A DNA stretch of 64,000 nucleotides from an uncultured Candidatus Saccharibacteria bacterium (GTDB lineage Bacteria; Patescibacteriota; Minisyncoccia; UBA6257; 2-01-FULL-56-20). The notes under the pieces were generated by a model. It saw nothing but the letters and a program-made list of their open reading frames with translations. It was not told where the DNA came from and made no database searches. Position 1 is the stretch's first letter; the number at the start of each line of letters is the position of its first letter. The stretch is from NCBI GenBank assembly GCA_964365185.1, contig CAYIOP010000001.1, forward strand, positions 180,579 through 244,578, read 5' to 3'. Positions 9,444-20,007 of the stretch are shown piece by piece. The position numbers and the translations under genes were made by a program.

Positions 9444-12400
9444 ATGGGAAAATTTGTCCACTTACATACACATTCTCATTATTCCCTGCTCGATGGGCTC
9501 GCGAAAATTGATGACTTGATTTTACGCACTAAGGAATTAGGGATGGATTCTTTGGCGATTACGGACCACGGGGTTTTATACGGCGCAATTGAGTTTTACA
9601 AAAAAGCCAAGAAGGCCGGCATCAAGCCGATTTTAGGAGTGGAGGCGTATATCGCTCAAGGCAGTCGGCATAAAAAAGAGGCGGGAGAGAAATACTATCA
9701 TTTGATTTTACTTTGCGAGAATCTGACTGGTTGGAAAAATCTGGTGAAACTGATATCAATCGCGCATTTAGAGGGTTTTTATTATAAGCCGAGAATTGAT
9801 AAGGAACTTTTAAGAGAATATCACGAGGGGTTGATTGGCCTTTCAGCTTGTTTGACCGGCGAGGTAAATAAATTATTAGTCAATGATAAATTTGAAGAAG
9901 CCAAACAAGCGGCAAAAGAATACGAAGAAATTTTAGGCAAAGAAAATTTCTTTTTAGAAATTGGCGATCACCCGAATATTCCGGAAGCGACAAAACTCCG
10001 AGAACGAGTTATTAAACTTTCGAAGGAAGTGGAAATAGGAATGGTGGGCACGCAAGACATCCATTACGCGAAACCAGAGGATGCGGAATACCACGACATA
10101 CTAGTCGCGGTTCAGACCGGCAGCCGGCTGTCAGACGACGACCGATTAACGCTTAAGGCCGATGATTTTTCTATGACCTCGCCTGAGGTAATGATAGAGA
10201 AATTTAAAGATGTGCCGGAGGCGATTATAAATACCGTAAAAATCGCGGAGCGATGCCAGGTTGAGCTTGAGTTGGGAAAAATTATTCTGCCAAATTTTCC
10301 GAAACCGGACGGCAAAGCCGCGAATGAATATCTAGAAGAACTAATTCAAGAAAGAATTAACAAAAGATTCCCCGGAGAAAAATTAACTCAAGAAATAAGA
10401 GATCGACTTCAAATGGAACTGGGAGTAATCGAGAAAACCGGATTTGCGGATTACTTTTTGATTGTTCAGGACTTTATTCAATGGGCGAAAACGCATGGCA
10501 TTGCCGTTGGTCCGGGCCGGGGTTCGGCCGCCGGCAGTATTGTCTCGTTCATATTGGGCATTACGGATATTGACCCGATTGAATACGGACTGCTATTTGA
10601 AAGATTTTTAAACCCAGACAGAATTCAGATGCCGGATGTGGATGTTGATTTTGCTGACACCGGCCGCGATAGAGTTTTGGCTTATGTTAAAGAAAAATAC
10701 GGAGAAAATCGCGTGGCCCAGATTATTACTTTTGGAACAATGGCGGCCAGAGCCGGAGTGAGAGACGCGGGGCGAGCCATGGGCCTTTCATATAATTTCT
10801 GCGATCAGCTGGCAAAACTGATTCCTTTTAACGCCAAACTAGACGAGGCAATAGAGAAAGTGCCAGAGTTAAAAGAATTTTATGAGACCAATGAAGACGC
10901 CAAACGAGTGCTTGAAGCGGCCAAACACTTAGAAGGCGTGGCGAGGCACGCTTCGGTACATGCTTGCGGAATAGTCATTTCAAAAGAATCGCTAATGGAA
11001 TATTTGCCGCTTCAGCTGGCTCCGCAAGACAAAAACAATATTATTACACAATTTGAGATGCACGCGGTTGAAGACCTGGGACTTTTAAAAATAGATTTTT
11101 TGGGCCTTAAAAATTTAACTATTATCGAGGAAACAACAAAGTTAGTGAAAGAACGACAGGGAATAAATATAAAAATATCGGAGTTACCGCTGAATGACGA
11201 AAAGACATTTAAACTACTAAGAAGAGCGGATACCACGGGAGTTTTTCAATTGGAGGGCGGGGGCATGAGGCGATATTTAAAAGAACTGCAGCCATCGGAA
11301 CTTGAGGATATTATTGCCATGATTTCTCTTTACCGGCCGGGAACGCTCGACGCGGGAATGGTGCCGCATTATATTTCCCGCAAACTGGGCAGAGAGAAAG
11401 TGACCTATCTTCATCCCAAATTGGAGCCAATACTAAAAAAAACATACGGCATTATGGTTTACCAAGAGCAACTAATGGAGGTGGCGAGGGTGCTCGCGGG
11501 ATTTACTTTTTCAGAGGCCGATACCTTAAGAAAAGCGGTGGGGAAAAAAATAAAATCATTACTTAAAGAACAGGAGGAAAAACTTATCTCCGGAATGATT
11601 AAAAACGGAATTGACAATAATAAAGCCAAAGAAATTTGGCAGTGGTTTGAACCCTTTGCCAGGTACGGATTTAATCGCTCACACGCGGCGAGCTATGCGC
11701 TTATCGGATATCAAACAGCGTACTTGAAGGCCAACTTTCCTGAAGAATTTACGGCGAGCTTGTTAAATTCAGAATTAGACGATATTGATCGCATCGCATT
11801 TCTGGTTGATGATGCCAAAAAAGCCAATATCTTAATCTTGCCGCCGGATATTAATAAAAGCTTTGTAAATTTCACGCCGGAAGATGGAAAAATCAGATTT
11901 GGACTTTTAGCCATTAAAAATGTAGGTGAACAAATTGCCAATAATATCATCAAAGAGCGAATCCGGGGTGGCGACTTTCAGGATTTGAAGGATTTTTTGG
12001 GCAGAATTCAGCATAAGGACCTAAACAAAAAATCATTGGAGAGTTTAATTAAGGGAGGGGCGTTAGATAATTTAGGCATTGAAAGAAATCAACTAATTCA
12101 AAATATTGATGAAATTTTAAAATTTAGCGCGGTGACCAAAAGAGGTTTAGTTTCAAATCACAACTCTCTTTTTGGAGAAACGATGGTTGGTTTTAGCGCG
12201 TTGAAATTAAAAGAGGCGCCGCCAGCAACTCCAGAAGAAAGATTAATTTGGGAAAAAGAGCTTTTAGGACTATATCTTTCGAACCATCCACTTAAAAGAT
12301 TCGCGGATAAAATGAAGGCCTCACAAGCCAGGCCAATCAATGAAGTCAAGCTCATTAAAAACGAGAATCAGATTTTTCGAATCGCGGGCTTGCTTTCTAA

Positions 12401-12620
12401 AATACAGAGAGTAATTACGAAGACCGGAAAACCAATGATCTTCGCTAAAGTTGAAGACCTATCACCGCAATCGATTGAAGTGATAGTTTTTAACAACACT
12501 TTAAATAAAACCGTGCCGGTGTGGCAAGAAAATAATATAGTGCTTATTCAGGGCAAAATTTCCTGGCGAGACGGAGACCCGAAAGTAATTTGCGACCAAG
12601 CTAAAATTCTTGAGGTCTAA
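9444..12620 (+). CDS. dnaE: DNA polymerase III alpha subunit
   Basis: N-terminal PHP domain (HLHTHSHYSLLDG) with pol IIIalpha palm and fingers motifs. 1058 aa. Confidence 0.9.
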   Translation: MGKFVHLHTHSHYSLLDGLAKIDDLILRTKELGMDSLAITDHGVLYGAIEFYKKAKKAGIKPILGVEAYIAQGSRHKKEAGEKYYHLILLCENLTGWKNLVKLISIAHLEGFYYKPRIDKELLREYHEGLIGLSACLTGEVNKLLVNDKFEEAKQAAKEYEEILGKENFFLEIGDHPNIPEATKLRERVIKLSKEVEIGMVGTQDIHYAKPEDAEYHDILVAVQTGSRLSDDDRLTLKADDFSMTSPEVMIEKFKDVPEAIINTVKIAERCQVELELGKIILPNFPKPDGKAANEYLEELIQERINKRFPGEKLTQEIRDRLQMELGVIEKTGFADYFLIVQDFIQWAKTHGIAVGPGRGSAAGSIVSFILGITDIDPIEYGLLFERFLNPDRIQMPDVDVDFADTGRDRVLAYVKEKYGENRVAQIITFGTMAARAGVRDAGRAMGLSYNFCDQLAKLIPFNAKLDEAIEKVPELKEFYETNEDAKRVLEAAKHLEGVARHASVHACGIVISKESLMEYLPLQLAPQDKNNIITQFEMHAVEDLGLLKIDFLGLKNLTIIEETTKLVKERQGINIKISELPLNDEKTFKLLRRADTTGVFQLEGGGMRRYLKELQPSELEDIIAMISLYRPGTLDAGMVPHYISRKLGREKVTYLHPKLEPILKKTYGIMVYQEQLMEVARVLAGFTFSEADTLRKAVGKKIKSLLKEQEEKLISGMIKNGIDNNKAKEIWQWFEPFARYGFNRSHAASYALIGYQTAYLKANFPEEFTASLLNSELDDIDRIAFLVDDAKKANILILPPDINKSFVNFTPEDGKIRFGLLAIKNVGEQIANNIIKERIRGGDFQDLKDFLGRIQHKDLNKKSLESLIKGGALDNLGIERNQLIQNIDEILKFSAVTKRGLVSNHNSLFGETMVGFSALKLKEAPPATPEERLIWEKELLGLYLSNHPLKRFADKMKASQARPINEVKLIKNENQIFRIAGLLSKIQRVITKTGKPMIFAKVEDLSPQSIEVIVFNNTLNKTVPVWQENNIVLIQGKISWRDGDPKVICDQAKILEV

Positions 12621-12692
12621 TCCATCACCCTTTAGAAAAGGATGAGGGATAAATTTTGCTAAGACAATGACTAGCGCGGAAATATCTAGTTT

Positions 12693-13106
12693 CTAATTCT
12701 TTATTTTACTAGATTTATAGGTTTCGGGTTTAAAAGCAGGAATTTTTTTGATTTGAGGATGAAAAGATTTTTCGGTCTCAAAATAATCTTTTAAACTGTT
12801 TTCAAGATCTTCTTGGTCATAACCTAGGGCAATAATATCGGGCTTGACGCTTTTGAAAATATTCCAGCTGCCGATTTCGCTATCCCCTTTTATAATTTCG
12901 TCGACAAAATTAAACTCTTTTAATTTTTTAATCCGCCCGGATAAATTATCGATTGGTGATTTATTTTTCAGCTTACGGACGACTTCATCTGGAGTGACCG
13001 CCACAATTAAATAATCACCGAACTTTTTGGCTTCGCGCAAAAAAAATTGGTGGCCGGCATGGAGACCATCGAAGACGCCGAAGACGAGTACCTTTTTTTG
13101 TGTCAT
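12693..13106 (-). CDS. Cytidylyltransferase-family nucleotidyltransferase (TagD/RibL-like)
   Basis: GVFDGLHAGH (the GxFDxxHxGH motif) followed by the LGDYLIVAV pattern typical of glycerol-3-phosphate cytidylyltransferase and FAD-synthetase-like enzymes. Confidence 0.55.
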   Translation of the reverse strand: MTQKKVLVFGVFDGLHAGHQFFLREAKKFGDYLIVAVTPDEVVRKLKNKSPIDNLSGRIKKLKEFNFVDEIIKGDSEIGSWNIFKSVKPDIIALGYDQEDLENSLKDYFETEKSFHPQIKKIPAFKPETYKSSKIKN

Positions 13107-13154
13107 GTATCAGGTGTCAGATACCAAGTAAACTCGCAATACCTGAAATTCAAC

Positions 13155-14609
13155 TTACTTAGTTTTTGGAGCGCGCATGAGGGGGAAAATGACGGTTTCG
13201 CGCACGGGCTTATCCAGAATAACCGCGAAGAGACGTTCAGAGACACCAAAGCCAGAAGCTGGAGGCATGCCGTATTCTAGGGCTTCTAAGAAATCCTCGT
13301 CGAGTTGCTGAGCTTCGGTATCCCCGGCTGCTCGAAGTTTCATCTGCTCCTCGAAGCGCTTTCGCTGATCAATAGGATTGTTTAATTCGGAAAATCCCTT
13401 GCCGAGCTCGGTACCAGCGGCCATCATTTGAAATCTTTCGACAACAGCGGGATTTTTATCATGGCGTTTAGCTAAGGGTTCAACTTCAACCGGCGGATTA
13501 ATTAAAAAGCAGGGCTGAATGAATTTAGGCCGAATAGTTTTTTTATAAATAAGATCTATCAATCGTCCTTTCCCGAAATTCCTATCGGGTTTCAAATCAA
13601 GAGCGATGGCTTTTTGAAATAGTTCTTCGCGGCTGGCGGAAGTTGGATTTAAGTGATTAGCTTTTTCAAATTCTTTGACATAGTCCACTTGAGGCCATTT
13701 TTTGGCCCAATTGATTTTTTGACCTTGATAAGTTGTGGTTAAAGAGCCAACGGTTTTTTTGATGACGGTTTTATAAAGTTTCTCGATGAATTTCATTAAT
13801 TCTTCATAATCGCTGTAGGCCCAATAAAATTCGAGCTGGGTGTAGTCCTGAAGATGTTCGCGATCGATGCCCTCATTTCTGAAAACTCGGCCGATTTCAA
13901 AAACCTTTTCAAAACCGCCAACGAGGAGTTTTTTAAGCGGGAGCTCTAATGAAATTCTTAAATAGAAATCGGCGTCTAATGCATTGTGATGAGTTTTAAA
14001 TGGTTCGGCCTCGGCGCCACCGGGAATTGATTCTAAGACAGGGGTCTCAACTTCAAGAAAACCAGAATTTTTCATTTCATCCCTAAAAGTATCCCAAAAG
14101 ACAGATTTTTGATAGAAAATTTTCTTGGCCTCTGGATTTAACAAAAGATCCAAATAGCGTTTGCGAAGGCGAAGTTCTATGTCTTCCAGTCCAAAATGAT
14201 CACTCGGCAAAGGATGAAGGCCCTTGGAAAGCAACATAGAGGATTTTACTTCTAAACTTTCTTCGCCTTTTTTGGTTTTAAAAGGAATACCGAGAGCCCA
14301 ATAAAAGTCGCCCCGATCAAGAGTACTTTTTATAAAATTAAAATTCTTTAAAATATCTTTCTTAAAGACCAATTGAATTTGAGAATTTTCGTCCTTTAAG
14401 TCGGCGAACAAGACCCCGCCCTGGTCTCTAAAAGAGACGATGCGACCAGAGACAGCAACCCTGACTCGGCGCCTGGCTAAAGCAACAAATTTTTTTCTAA
14501 CTTCACCAATCGAAACTCTTTTTTTGGTCTTGACGGGATAGGGATTTAAGCCAGATTTTTTGATGGCTTCCAGTTTTTTGAAACGTTCCTCAATGAGGTC
14601 GTGAAGCAT
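13155..14609 (-). CDS. lysS: Lysyl-tRNA synthetase (class II)
   Basis: FRNEGIDREHLQDYTQLEFYWAY and class II motifs are present. 484 aa. Confidence 0.9.
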   Translation of the reverse strand: MLHDLIEERFKKLEAIKKSGLNPYPVKTKKRVSIGEVRKKFVALARRRVRVAVSGRIVSFRDQGGVLFADLKDENSQIQLVFKKDILKNFNFIKSTLDRGDFYWALGIPFKTKKGEESLEVKSSMLLSKGLHPLPSDHFGLEDIELRLRKRYLDLLLNPEAKKIFYQKSVFWDTFRDEMKNSGFLEVETPVLESIPGGAEAEPFKTHHNALDADFYLRISLELPLKKLLVGGFEKVFEIGRVFRNEGIDREHLQDYTQLEFYWAYSDYEELMKFIEKLYKTVIKKTVGSLTTTYQGQKINWAKKWPQVDYVKEFEKANHLNPTSASREELFQKAIALDLKPDRNFGKGRLIDLIYKKTIRPKFIQPCFLINPPVEVEPLAKRHDKNPAVVERFQMMAAGTELGKGFSELNNPIDQRKRFEEQMKLRAAGDTEAQQLDEDFLEALEYGMPPASGFGVSERLFAVILDKPVRETVIFPLMRAPKTK

Positions 14610-14618
14610 GAATAACTA

Positions 14619-15077
14619 CTACTCGATCATCGTGATCAAGTAACTTAACTCGCCGTTTGGGGTTTGAACCGAAACTTTATCGCCTATTTTGTGCCCTAGA
14701 ATAGCTTGACCGAGCGGCGACTCGTTAGAAATTCGGCCTTCTTCCGGCTTAGTTTCGTTAGAACCAACAATGGAATATTTTATAGTGGTAGTATTTTTTT
14801 TCAGAGTAACCACGGAGCCAACTCTAACTTTATCAACCGAACCGCTTTTTTCGATGATGACAACTTGTTTTAGAATTCCTTCAAGTTCATTGATGCGAGT
14901 TTCGACTTTAGCTTGTTCTTCTCTGGCTTCGGAATATTCCGAGTTTTCGGAAAGGTCGCCGTATTCTTTGGCGGTTTTTAATCGCTCGGCGATTTCACGT
15001 CTTTTTTCTATTTTTAGCGACTCAAGCTCTTTTTTGAGCTCACTTAGACGTTCTTCAGTGAGATAACTTTTGTTCAT
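14619..15077 (-). CDS. greA: Transcription elongation factor GreA
   Basis: N-terminal coiled-coil plus C-terminal FKBP-like domain. The typical GreA sequence includes YGDLSENSEY. Confidence 0.85.
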   Translation of the reverse strand: MNKSYLTEERLSELKKELESLKIEKRREIAERLKTAKEYGDLSENSEYSEAREEQAKVETRINELEGILKQVVIIEKSGSVDKVRVGSVVTLKKNTTTIKYSIVGSNETKPEEGRISNESPLGQAILGHKIGDKVSVQTPNGELSYLITMIE

Positions 15078-15170
15078 AGTGATGATAAATATTTAGCTTA
15101 AGTTTACATAAAATTCTTCACAAACGCAAACAAAACCTCATTATTTAAAGCAGAAAATGCAGAAACTGAT

Positions 15171-15815
15171 CTAAACCAAATAAGACGGAAAGGTGATAGA
15201 AACCGGAACCTCCTGAATTCTAAGATTGCTTTTTTGGGCTAACTTAATCGTCTCAATTAAAAAATTTCGGTTTTTGGATTTTGATAAGCTAAAAATTTTC
15301 TCGGCGGAATCAGCAGTAAAACCGCGGAAGCTTGAAGTGGGATCTTTGAGTAAATTCTTAAAAAAGGCTTTTCTGAAAAAGAAATTAATTGGCTGAGGAA
15401 GAAACCATTTAAAAAATAAAGCGGGGTTGGTTTTTTGAATTAAATGACGGTGGCCGATAACAATATCCGCTCCGGCTTTAAATAAAGGCAACATGTTTTT
15501 GATATTTTGGGCAGAGATAAAATTATTGGAATCGATAATTAACCTGATCTCTCCGCTTGCAAGAAGCATGCCTTGCCGAATGGCATCACCAATGCCCGAA
15601 TTTTCTGAAGCATTAACGAACTTTAGATTGTTTACGGCTTCAGACATTTTTTTAACAATCTCGCCAACATTATTTTTATTGCCGAAACTAACAACAATCA
15701 ATTCAGTAGGAACTTTAAGATTCTCGAGATGCTGATCGACGTCGCTTATAATTAGTGGCAGATTTTCAATCTCTTTTGAGACCGGAAGGATGGCGGATAG
15801 AAAAGGTTTGGACAT
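15171..15815 (-). CDS. Family 2 glycosyltransferase (dolichyl-phosphate sugar synthase-like)
   Basis: GT2-like N-terminal domain (ILPVSKE..., DxD-type region). Confidence 0.55.
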   Translation of the reverse strand: MSKPFLSAILPVSKEIENLPLIISDVDQHLENLKVPTELIVVSFGNKNNVGEIVKKMSEAVNNLKFVNASENSGIGDAIRQGMLLASGEIRLIIDSNNFISAQNIKNMLPLFKAGADIVIGHRHLIQKTNPALFFKWFLPQPINFFFRKAFFKNLLKDPTSSFRGFTADSAEKIFSLSKSKNRNFLIETIKLAQKSNLRIQEVPVSITFPSYLV

Positions 15816-15950
15816 TTAAATAGAAAGTAGAATTTAGAAAATAGAAAATAGGATTTAGAAAAGAAAAAGTAGAAAATAAAAAATAGGATTTAGAAAATAG
15901 TAAGTAGGAAGTATTGGGTATTGGGTATTAGGATTATTATAGCATTACTT
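15816..15950. repeat. AT-rich low-complexity spacer of TAGAAAATAG/GGATTTAG motifs
   Basis: Tandem, imperfect TAGAAAATAGGATTTAGAAAA units. The same motif family recurs in many intergenic spacers in this window. Confidence 0.5.
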
Positions 15951-16724
15951 TTAGGTTCGGGTTAGAACGCAGGGGCCTTGGGCGGTTAAAGCAATGGTAT
16001 GTTCAAAATGAGCAGAGAGATCGTGATTTTTAGTTATAAAACTGCCGTCGGATAATTCTTTGATTTGACTCCCCTCGGGTGGAGACCCGGATGAAACCAT
16101 GGGCTCAATAGCCAATACGGTGCCAATTTCAAGTTCCTCGCCTGATTTAGGCCGACCAAAATTTAAAACATTAGGATCTTCGTGGAGTTTGCGGCCAATG
16201 CCATGGCCAGTTAACCTCTCGACAATAGAAAAATTCTCTTTAGTCACTCGTTTTTCGATGGCTGAACCAATATCACCTAAAGTATTGCCAACTTTGACTT
16301 CTTTAATAGCCAAATCAAGAGCTTCTTTAGTTGCTAAGATAAGACGCTCCCCAATTTTGGGAATATTGCCAACGCCAACTGTAATCGCCGAATCGAGATA
16401 AAATCCTTGATAGATTAGACCTAAATCTAATTTAACGAGATCGCCATCTTGAATAACGTAACTCGAGGGAAGGCCATGTACAATGGTTTCATTTATGGAA
16501 GCACATAAAGTTTTAGGATAAGGTTTTTGGCCTCTATGAGAACGGTAGCCCAAAAAAGCGGGCTTAGCTCCGTAGTTTTTTATAAGTTTAGAAGCCAGTT
16601 CATCCAAAAAATCAGTAGTTATGCCGGGTAATACTTCTTTTTTTAACGCCTCAATGACAGCGGCTAAAATTTGGCCGCCTTCGGCCATAATCTCAATTTC
16701 TTCGGGATTTTTTAAGATGGCCAT
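15951..16724 (-). CDS. map: Methionine aminopeptidase type I
   Basis: MAP fold motifs are present. The first ATG (16724) overlaps the adk 3' end by 32 nt; an internal ATG at ~16688 is an alternative start. Confidence 0.9.
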   Translation of the reverse strand: MAILKNPEEIEIMAEGGQILAAVIEALKKEVLPGITTDFLDELASKLIKNYGAKPAFLGYRSHRGQKPYPKTLCASINETIVHGLPSSYVIQDGDLVKLDLGLIYQGFYLDSAITVGVGNIPKIGERLILATKEALDLAIKEVKVGNTLGDIGSAIEKRVTKENFSIVERLTGHGIGRKLHEDPNVLNFGRPKSGEELEIGTVLAIEPMVSSGSPPEGSQIKELSDGSFITKNHDLSAHFEHTIALTAQGPCVLTRT

Positions 16725-17379
16725 AAATTTGATTGAAAACTTTGTAGGGCGCCGGTTCGGCGCTAATTTTGTAAATTTTGTACTTTCTGGCGGCCAATAT
16801 TTCTATAATCGGTTCGGTTCTTTTTCGATATTCCCCTAATCGTACTTTGATAGTTTCGACTGTGTCTAAAGTCCGGCGATAAAACGGCCCGGCGCAAACC
16901 GGACAATGTTTTGGATTTCTAGATGGATAGTAGGTGGTTAAAAGTGGAGATTTACAGACCGAACAAAGAATGCGGCGACTGTTTCTTTTTATAGAAAGTT
17001 CTTCGCTCATTTTTAAAACAAGAACATAAATATTTTTTCGGCCATAGAGACGATCCAAAATCGGCAGAACTTTTTCGGATTCATAGATAGTTCTTGGCGA
17101 GCCGCTAAAAACTATGCCGTGGCCGGTTTTAGCTATAGTTCGAATATGTTGGATGATTTCTCGCGCCACAAAACTAGGAGTCATTAGCTTACCGGAATCA
17201 AAAAGTTTTCTTTCTCGAGAAATAACTTTATTTTTTTTGCCCGTTCCGCCATGAACCAGCGACTCCAAAAAGCGGCCGGTGTCAAAATGCATTAAATCAA
17301 GCTTCCCCGCCAAAAGATTGGCTTGAGTGCCTTTACCGCTGCCTGGAGGCCCGTACATAATAACCGCGATTTTAGCCAT
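16693..17379 (-). CDS. adk: Adenylate kinase (with Zn lid CxxC...CxxC)
   Basis: P-loop GPPGSGKGTQ and lid CSVCKSP...CPVCAG. Confidence 0.9.
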   Translation of the reverse strand: MAKIAVIMYGPPGSGKGTQANLLAGKLDLMHFDTGRFLESLVHGGTGKKNKVISRERKLFDSGKLMTPSFVAREIIQHIRTIAKTGHGIVFSGSPRTIYESEKVLPILDRLYGRKNIYVLVLKMSEELSIKRNSRRILCSVCKSPLLTTYYPSRNPKHCPVCAGPFYRRTLDTVETIKVRLGEYRKRTEPIIEILAARKYKIYKISAEPAPYKVFNQIYGHLKKSRRN

Positions 17380-17387
17380 ATTTTTTT

Positions 17388-18659
17388 CTATTCAAGCCCA
17401 TCGTATTCGCGAACCGTGAGTTGAGAGTTGACTTGCCGCATGGTTTCAAGAGCAACAGAGACAACAATTAGAAGAGCGGTGCCACTAATGGTTAAAACGC
17501 CAATACCGGTTAAATTTTGAATAATAATCGGGGAGACGGCAATTAACCCTAAAAAAAGCGCGCCAAAAAGAGTGAGTCGCTTAATGGTGTGGGAGAAATA
17601 TTTCCCAGTGCTCTCTCCGGGACGGATACCGGGCACAAAGCCGCCGCTCCGCTGGAGATTTTTCGACATCTCTTCAGGATTAAAAGTGATGGCAGTGTAA
17701 AAGTAGGTAAAAGCAAAAACTAGGCCAAAATAGAAAATGCCGTAGAAAAGCTGGTTGTTTAAAACACTCGTGACTAAACTATTTAATTTGACAGAGAAAT
17801 CGGGAGAAATAATCGAAGAAATTTGGGCCAGAAATTGAGGGAAGAGTAAAACCGAAATAGCGAAGATAAGAGGAATCATTCCGGCTTGATTGACTTTAAG
17901 GGGCAAATAACTAGAGGAACCGCCGTAAATCTTATTACCCCTTACCCGACGGGCGTAAGCGATAGGCACTTTGCGTTCACCTTCATTTAAATAAACGACG
18001 CCAACAATCAAAAGAAAAGCTATAACAATGAAACCGATAAAAATGGGAAGTTGGCTAGAGGTATAGGAAGCAACAACCAAACGAAGGGTTTGGGGCAAAC
18101 TGGCTAATATACCAGCCACGATGATTAAAGAGATGCCGTTTCCGATTTTCTTTTCACTAATTATTTCTCCTAACCAAAGAGCCAACATGGAGCCACCGGT
18201 AATAACAAAAACATTGGTAATCATATTAATAAAATCTGGCCGGTCAATAACTCCTTGGCTAATTAATAAACTTAAGAAACCATAGGATTGAAGAGCAGCC
18301 AAAGGAACGGTCAAAAGCCGAGAATACTGATTAAATTTAGCCCTACCCTGCTCCCCTTCTTCGTAATAAAGAGCCTTGAACTTGGGAAAAATCATGGTTA
18401 AAAGCTGCATAATAATGGTAGCGGTGATGTAGGGACCAACACCAAGCATGACAACTGAAAGATTGTCTAACCCGCCACCAGAGAAAATATTTAAGAACCC
18501 TAGGAGTTGATTAGAAGAAAAATAAGCGGCCAAACGTTCGGCATCTATGCCAGGAATAGGCACAGCGCCTAAAAGCCGGTAAGCAACCAAAAGACCGGCC
18601 ACAATCAAAATTTTGTTGCGGATGTCTTTAATTTTAAAAATTTGAAGGAAACGGTTCAT
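17388..18659 (-). CDS. secY: Preprotein translocase subunit SecY
   Basis: 423-aa polytopic membrane protein in the conserved position after rplO. Confidence 0.9.
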   Translation of the reverse strand: MNRFLQIFKIKDIRNKILIVAGLLVAYRLLGAVPIPGIDAERLAAYFSSNQLLGFLNIFSGGGLDNLSVVMLGVGPYITATIIMQLLTMIFPKFKALYYEEGEQGRAKFNQYSRLLTVPLAALQSYGFLSLLISQGVIDRPDFINMITNVFVITGGSMLALWLGEIISEKKIGNGISLIIVAGILASLPQTLRLVVASYTSSQLPIFIGFIVIAFLLIVGVVYLNEGERKVPIAYARRVRGNKIYGGSSSYLPLKVNQAGMIPLIFAISVLLFPQFLAQISSIISPDFSVKLNSLVTSVLNNQLFYGIFYFGLVFAFTYFYTAITFNPEEMSKNLQRSGGFVPGIRPGESTGKYFSHTIKRLTLFGALFLGLIAVSPIIIQNLTGIGVLTISGTALLIVVSVALETMRQVNSQLTVREYDGLE

Positions 18660-18714
18660 AAGTTGACTTATAATTAATAACTAATGACTGACGACAATAA
18701 AAGGGAAGGTAGAT

Positions 18715-19158
18715 TTAACTAGTTGAGCCACCGGCTTTCTCAATTTTTATTTTAACACTTTTTGAGAATTTCAAGCCCTTCAAAGCAACGGCAATTTTAA
18801 TGTCATGATTGCCCAAAATTTTGATATCGCCTTTGTACTTTTTAGGAATAAGGCCCGCTTGACTCAAAAGATTTCGGTCGATGATGGCCGGTTTTTCTTT
18901 CTTAGGAATAGGATTGAGCTTGGCGATTACGGTTTTTAGATTCAAGACCAAAGATTTGGGACTGGTTGGCTTATTTTTGAAACCGCGTTTTTTAGGAAGA
19001 CGAATGATAAGATCTCTTTCGGCCTGCCGAATGCGGCGGCCGGCCCGAGATTTTTGGCCTTTAATGCCCCGACCGGAATACGTTCCTCTTTTACCACCAC
19101 GACCGACTCTTTTTTTACTTTTTCTTTTTTCGATTGAAATAAGATTGTGAAGCTGCAT
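18715..19158 (-). CDS. rplO: 50S ribosomal protein L15
   Basis: GRGGKRGTYSGRGIKGQKSRAG motif. Confidence 0.9.
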   Translation of the reverse strand: MQLHNLISIEKRKSKKRVGRGGKRGTYSGRGIKGQKSRAGRRIRQAERDLIIRLPKKRGFKNKPTSPKSLVLNLKTVIAKLNPIPKKEKPAIIDRNLLSQAGLIPKKYKGDIKILGNHDIKIAVALKGLKFSKSVKIKIEKAGGSTS

Positions 19159-19162
19159 AAAT

Positions 19163-19624
19163 TTATTTTTTCAACTTTTGAAGCGCTCGAATAGTCGCCA
19201 TGGCGTTGGTTAATTTATTAGTTGTCCGTCCAAGATTTTTAGCAGAAGCATCTTTGACGCCGGCTAAACTCAAAACAAAGCGCGCGGCGCCACCGGCTTT
19301 TAGGCCGTGTCCGGCTGCGGAGGGTTTAATCAAAATCTTCGCGGCGCTGTATTTTGCCATAACTTCGTGAGTAATAGTCCGACCGTCTTTAAGATTCACA
19401 AACAAAAGGGCTTTTTTGGCTTTTTCCTTAGCTTTACCAACAGCAGATTGAACATCGAGGCCTTTGGCGACACCGATGCCAACCCTGCCTTTTTCATCGC
19501 CGATAGCAACCGTGGCTCTAAACCGAAACCGCTTGCCGCCAGCGACGACCCGAGTGACCCGCCTTAAATCAAGGACTTTTTCTTTAAATTCGCTTTTTAC
19601 CATTTTCGGAATAAAATTACGCAT
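19163..19624 (-). CDS. rpsE: 30S ribosomal protein S5
   Basis: Typical S5 sequence. It is followed directly (4 nt) by rplO, with no L30 gene between. Confidence 0.9.
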   Translation of the reverse strand: MRNFIPKMVKSEFKEKVLDLRRVTRVVAGGKRFRFRATVAIGDEKGRVGIGVAKGLDVQSAVGKAKEKAKKALLFVNLKDGRTITHEVMAKYSAAKILIKPSAAGHGLKAGGAARFVLSLAGVKDASAKNLGRTTNKLTNAMATIRALQKLKK

Positions 19625-19629
19625 AATAT

Positions 19630-19992
19630 TTAGATTTTAATACCGCTTTTTCTAATACCTTCGGCAATGGCCGCGACCCGACCATGGTAGAGGTAGTGGC
19701 GCTTATCAAACACAAATTGACTAAGCCCCAACTCAATCGCTTTTTTGCCCAACATTTCTCCCACTAAATAGGCCTGCTCTTTTTTGGTTTTCTTTAAATC
19801 CGTCGGTTTTAAATTTTTAGATGAAGCCGAAAGAAGAGTGTTTCCTTTTTCGTCGTCAATAACTTGGCAATAAATAAAACGATTACTTCTTGAAACAGCT
19901 AAACGGGGCTTTTTTGGGCTCCCAAAAATTTTAGCTCGAGTTCGATTAACTCTTTTTAGTTTTTTTTGATTTAAGCTTTTTTTAGAATTCAT
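19630..19992 (-). CDS. rplR: 50S ribosomal protein L18
   Basis: L18 family sequence (RLAVSRSNRFIYCQVIDD...). Confidence 0.85.
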   Translation of the reverse strand: MNSKKSLNQKKLKRVNRTRAKIFGSPKKPRLAVSRSNRFIYCQVIDDEKGNTLLSASSKNLKPTDLKKTKKEQAYLVGEMLGKKAIELGLSQFVFDKRHYLYHGRVAAIAEGIRKSGIKI

Positions 19993-20007
19993 GTTGGTTT
20001 TTAAAAA

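Noticed and set aside
19159-19162. Missing rpmD (L30) between rpsE and rplO
   Set aside because: Only 4 nt separate the two genes, so the absence is real rather than a missed small ORF.
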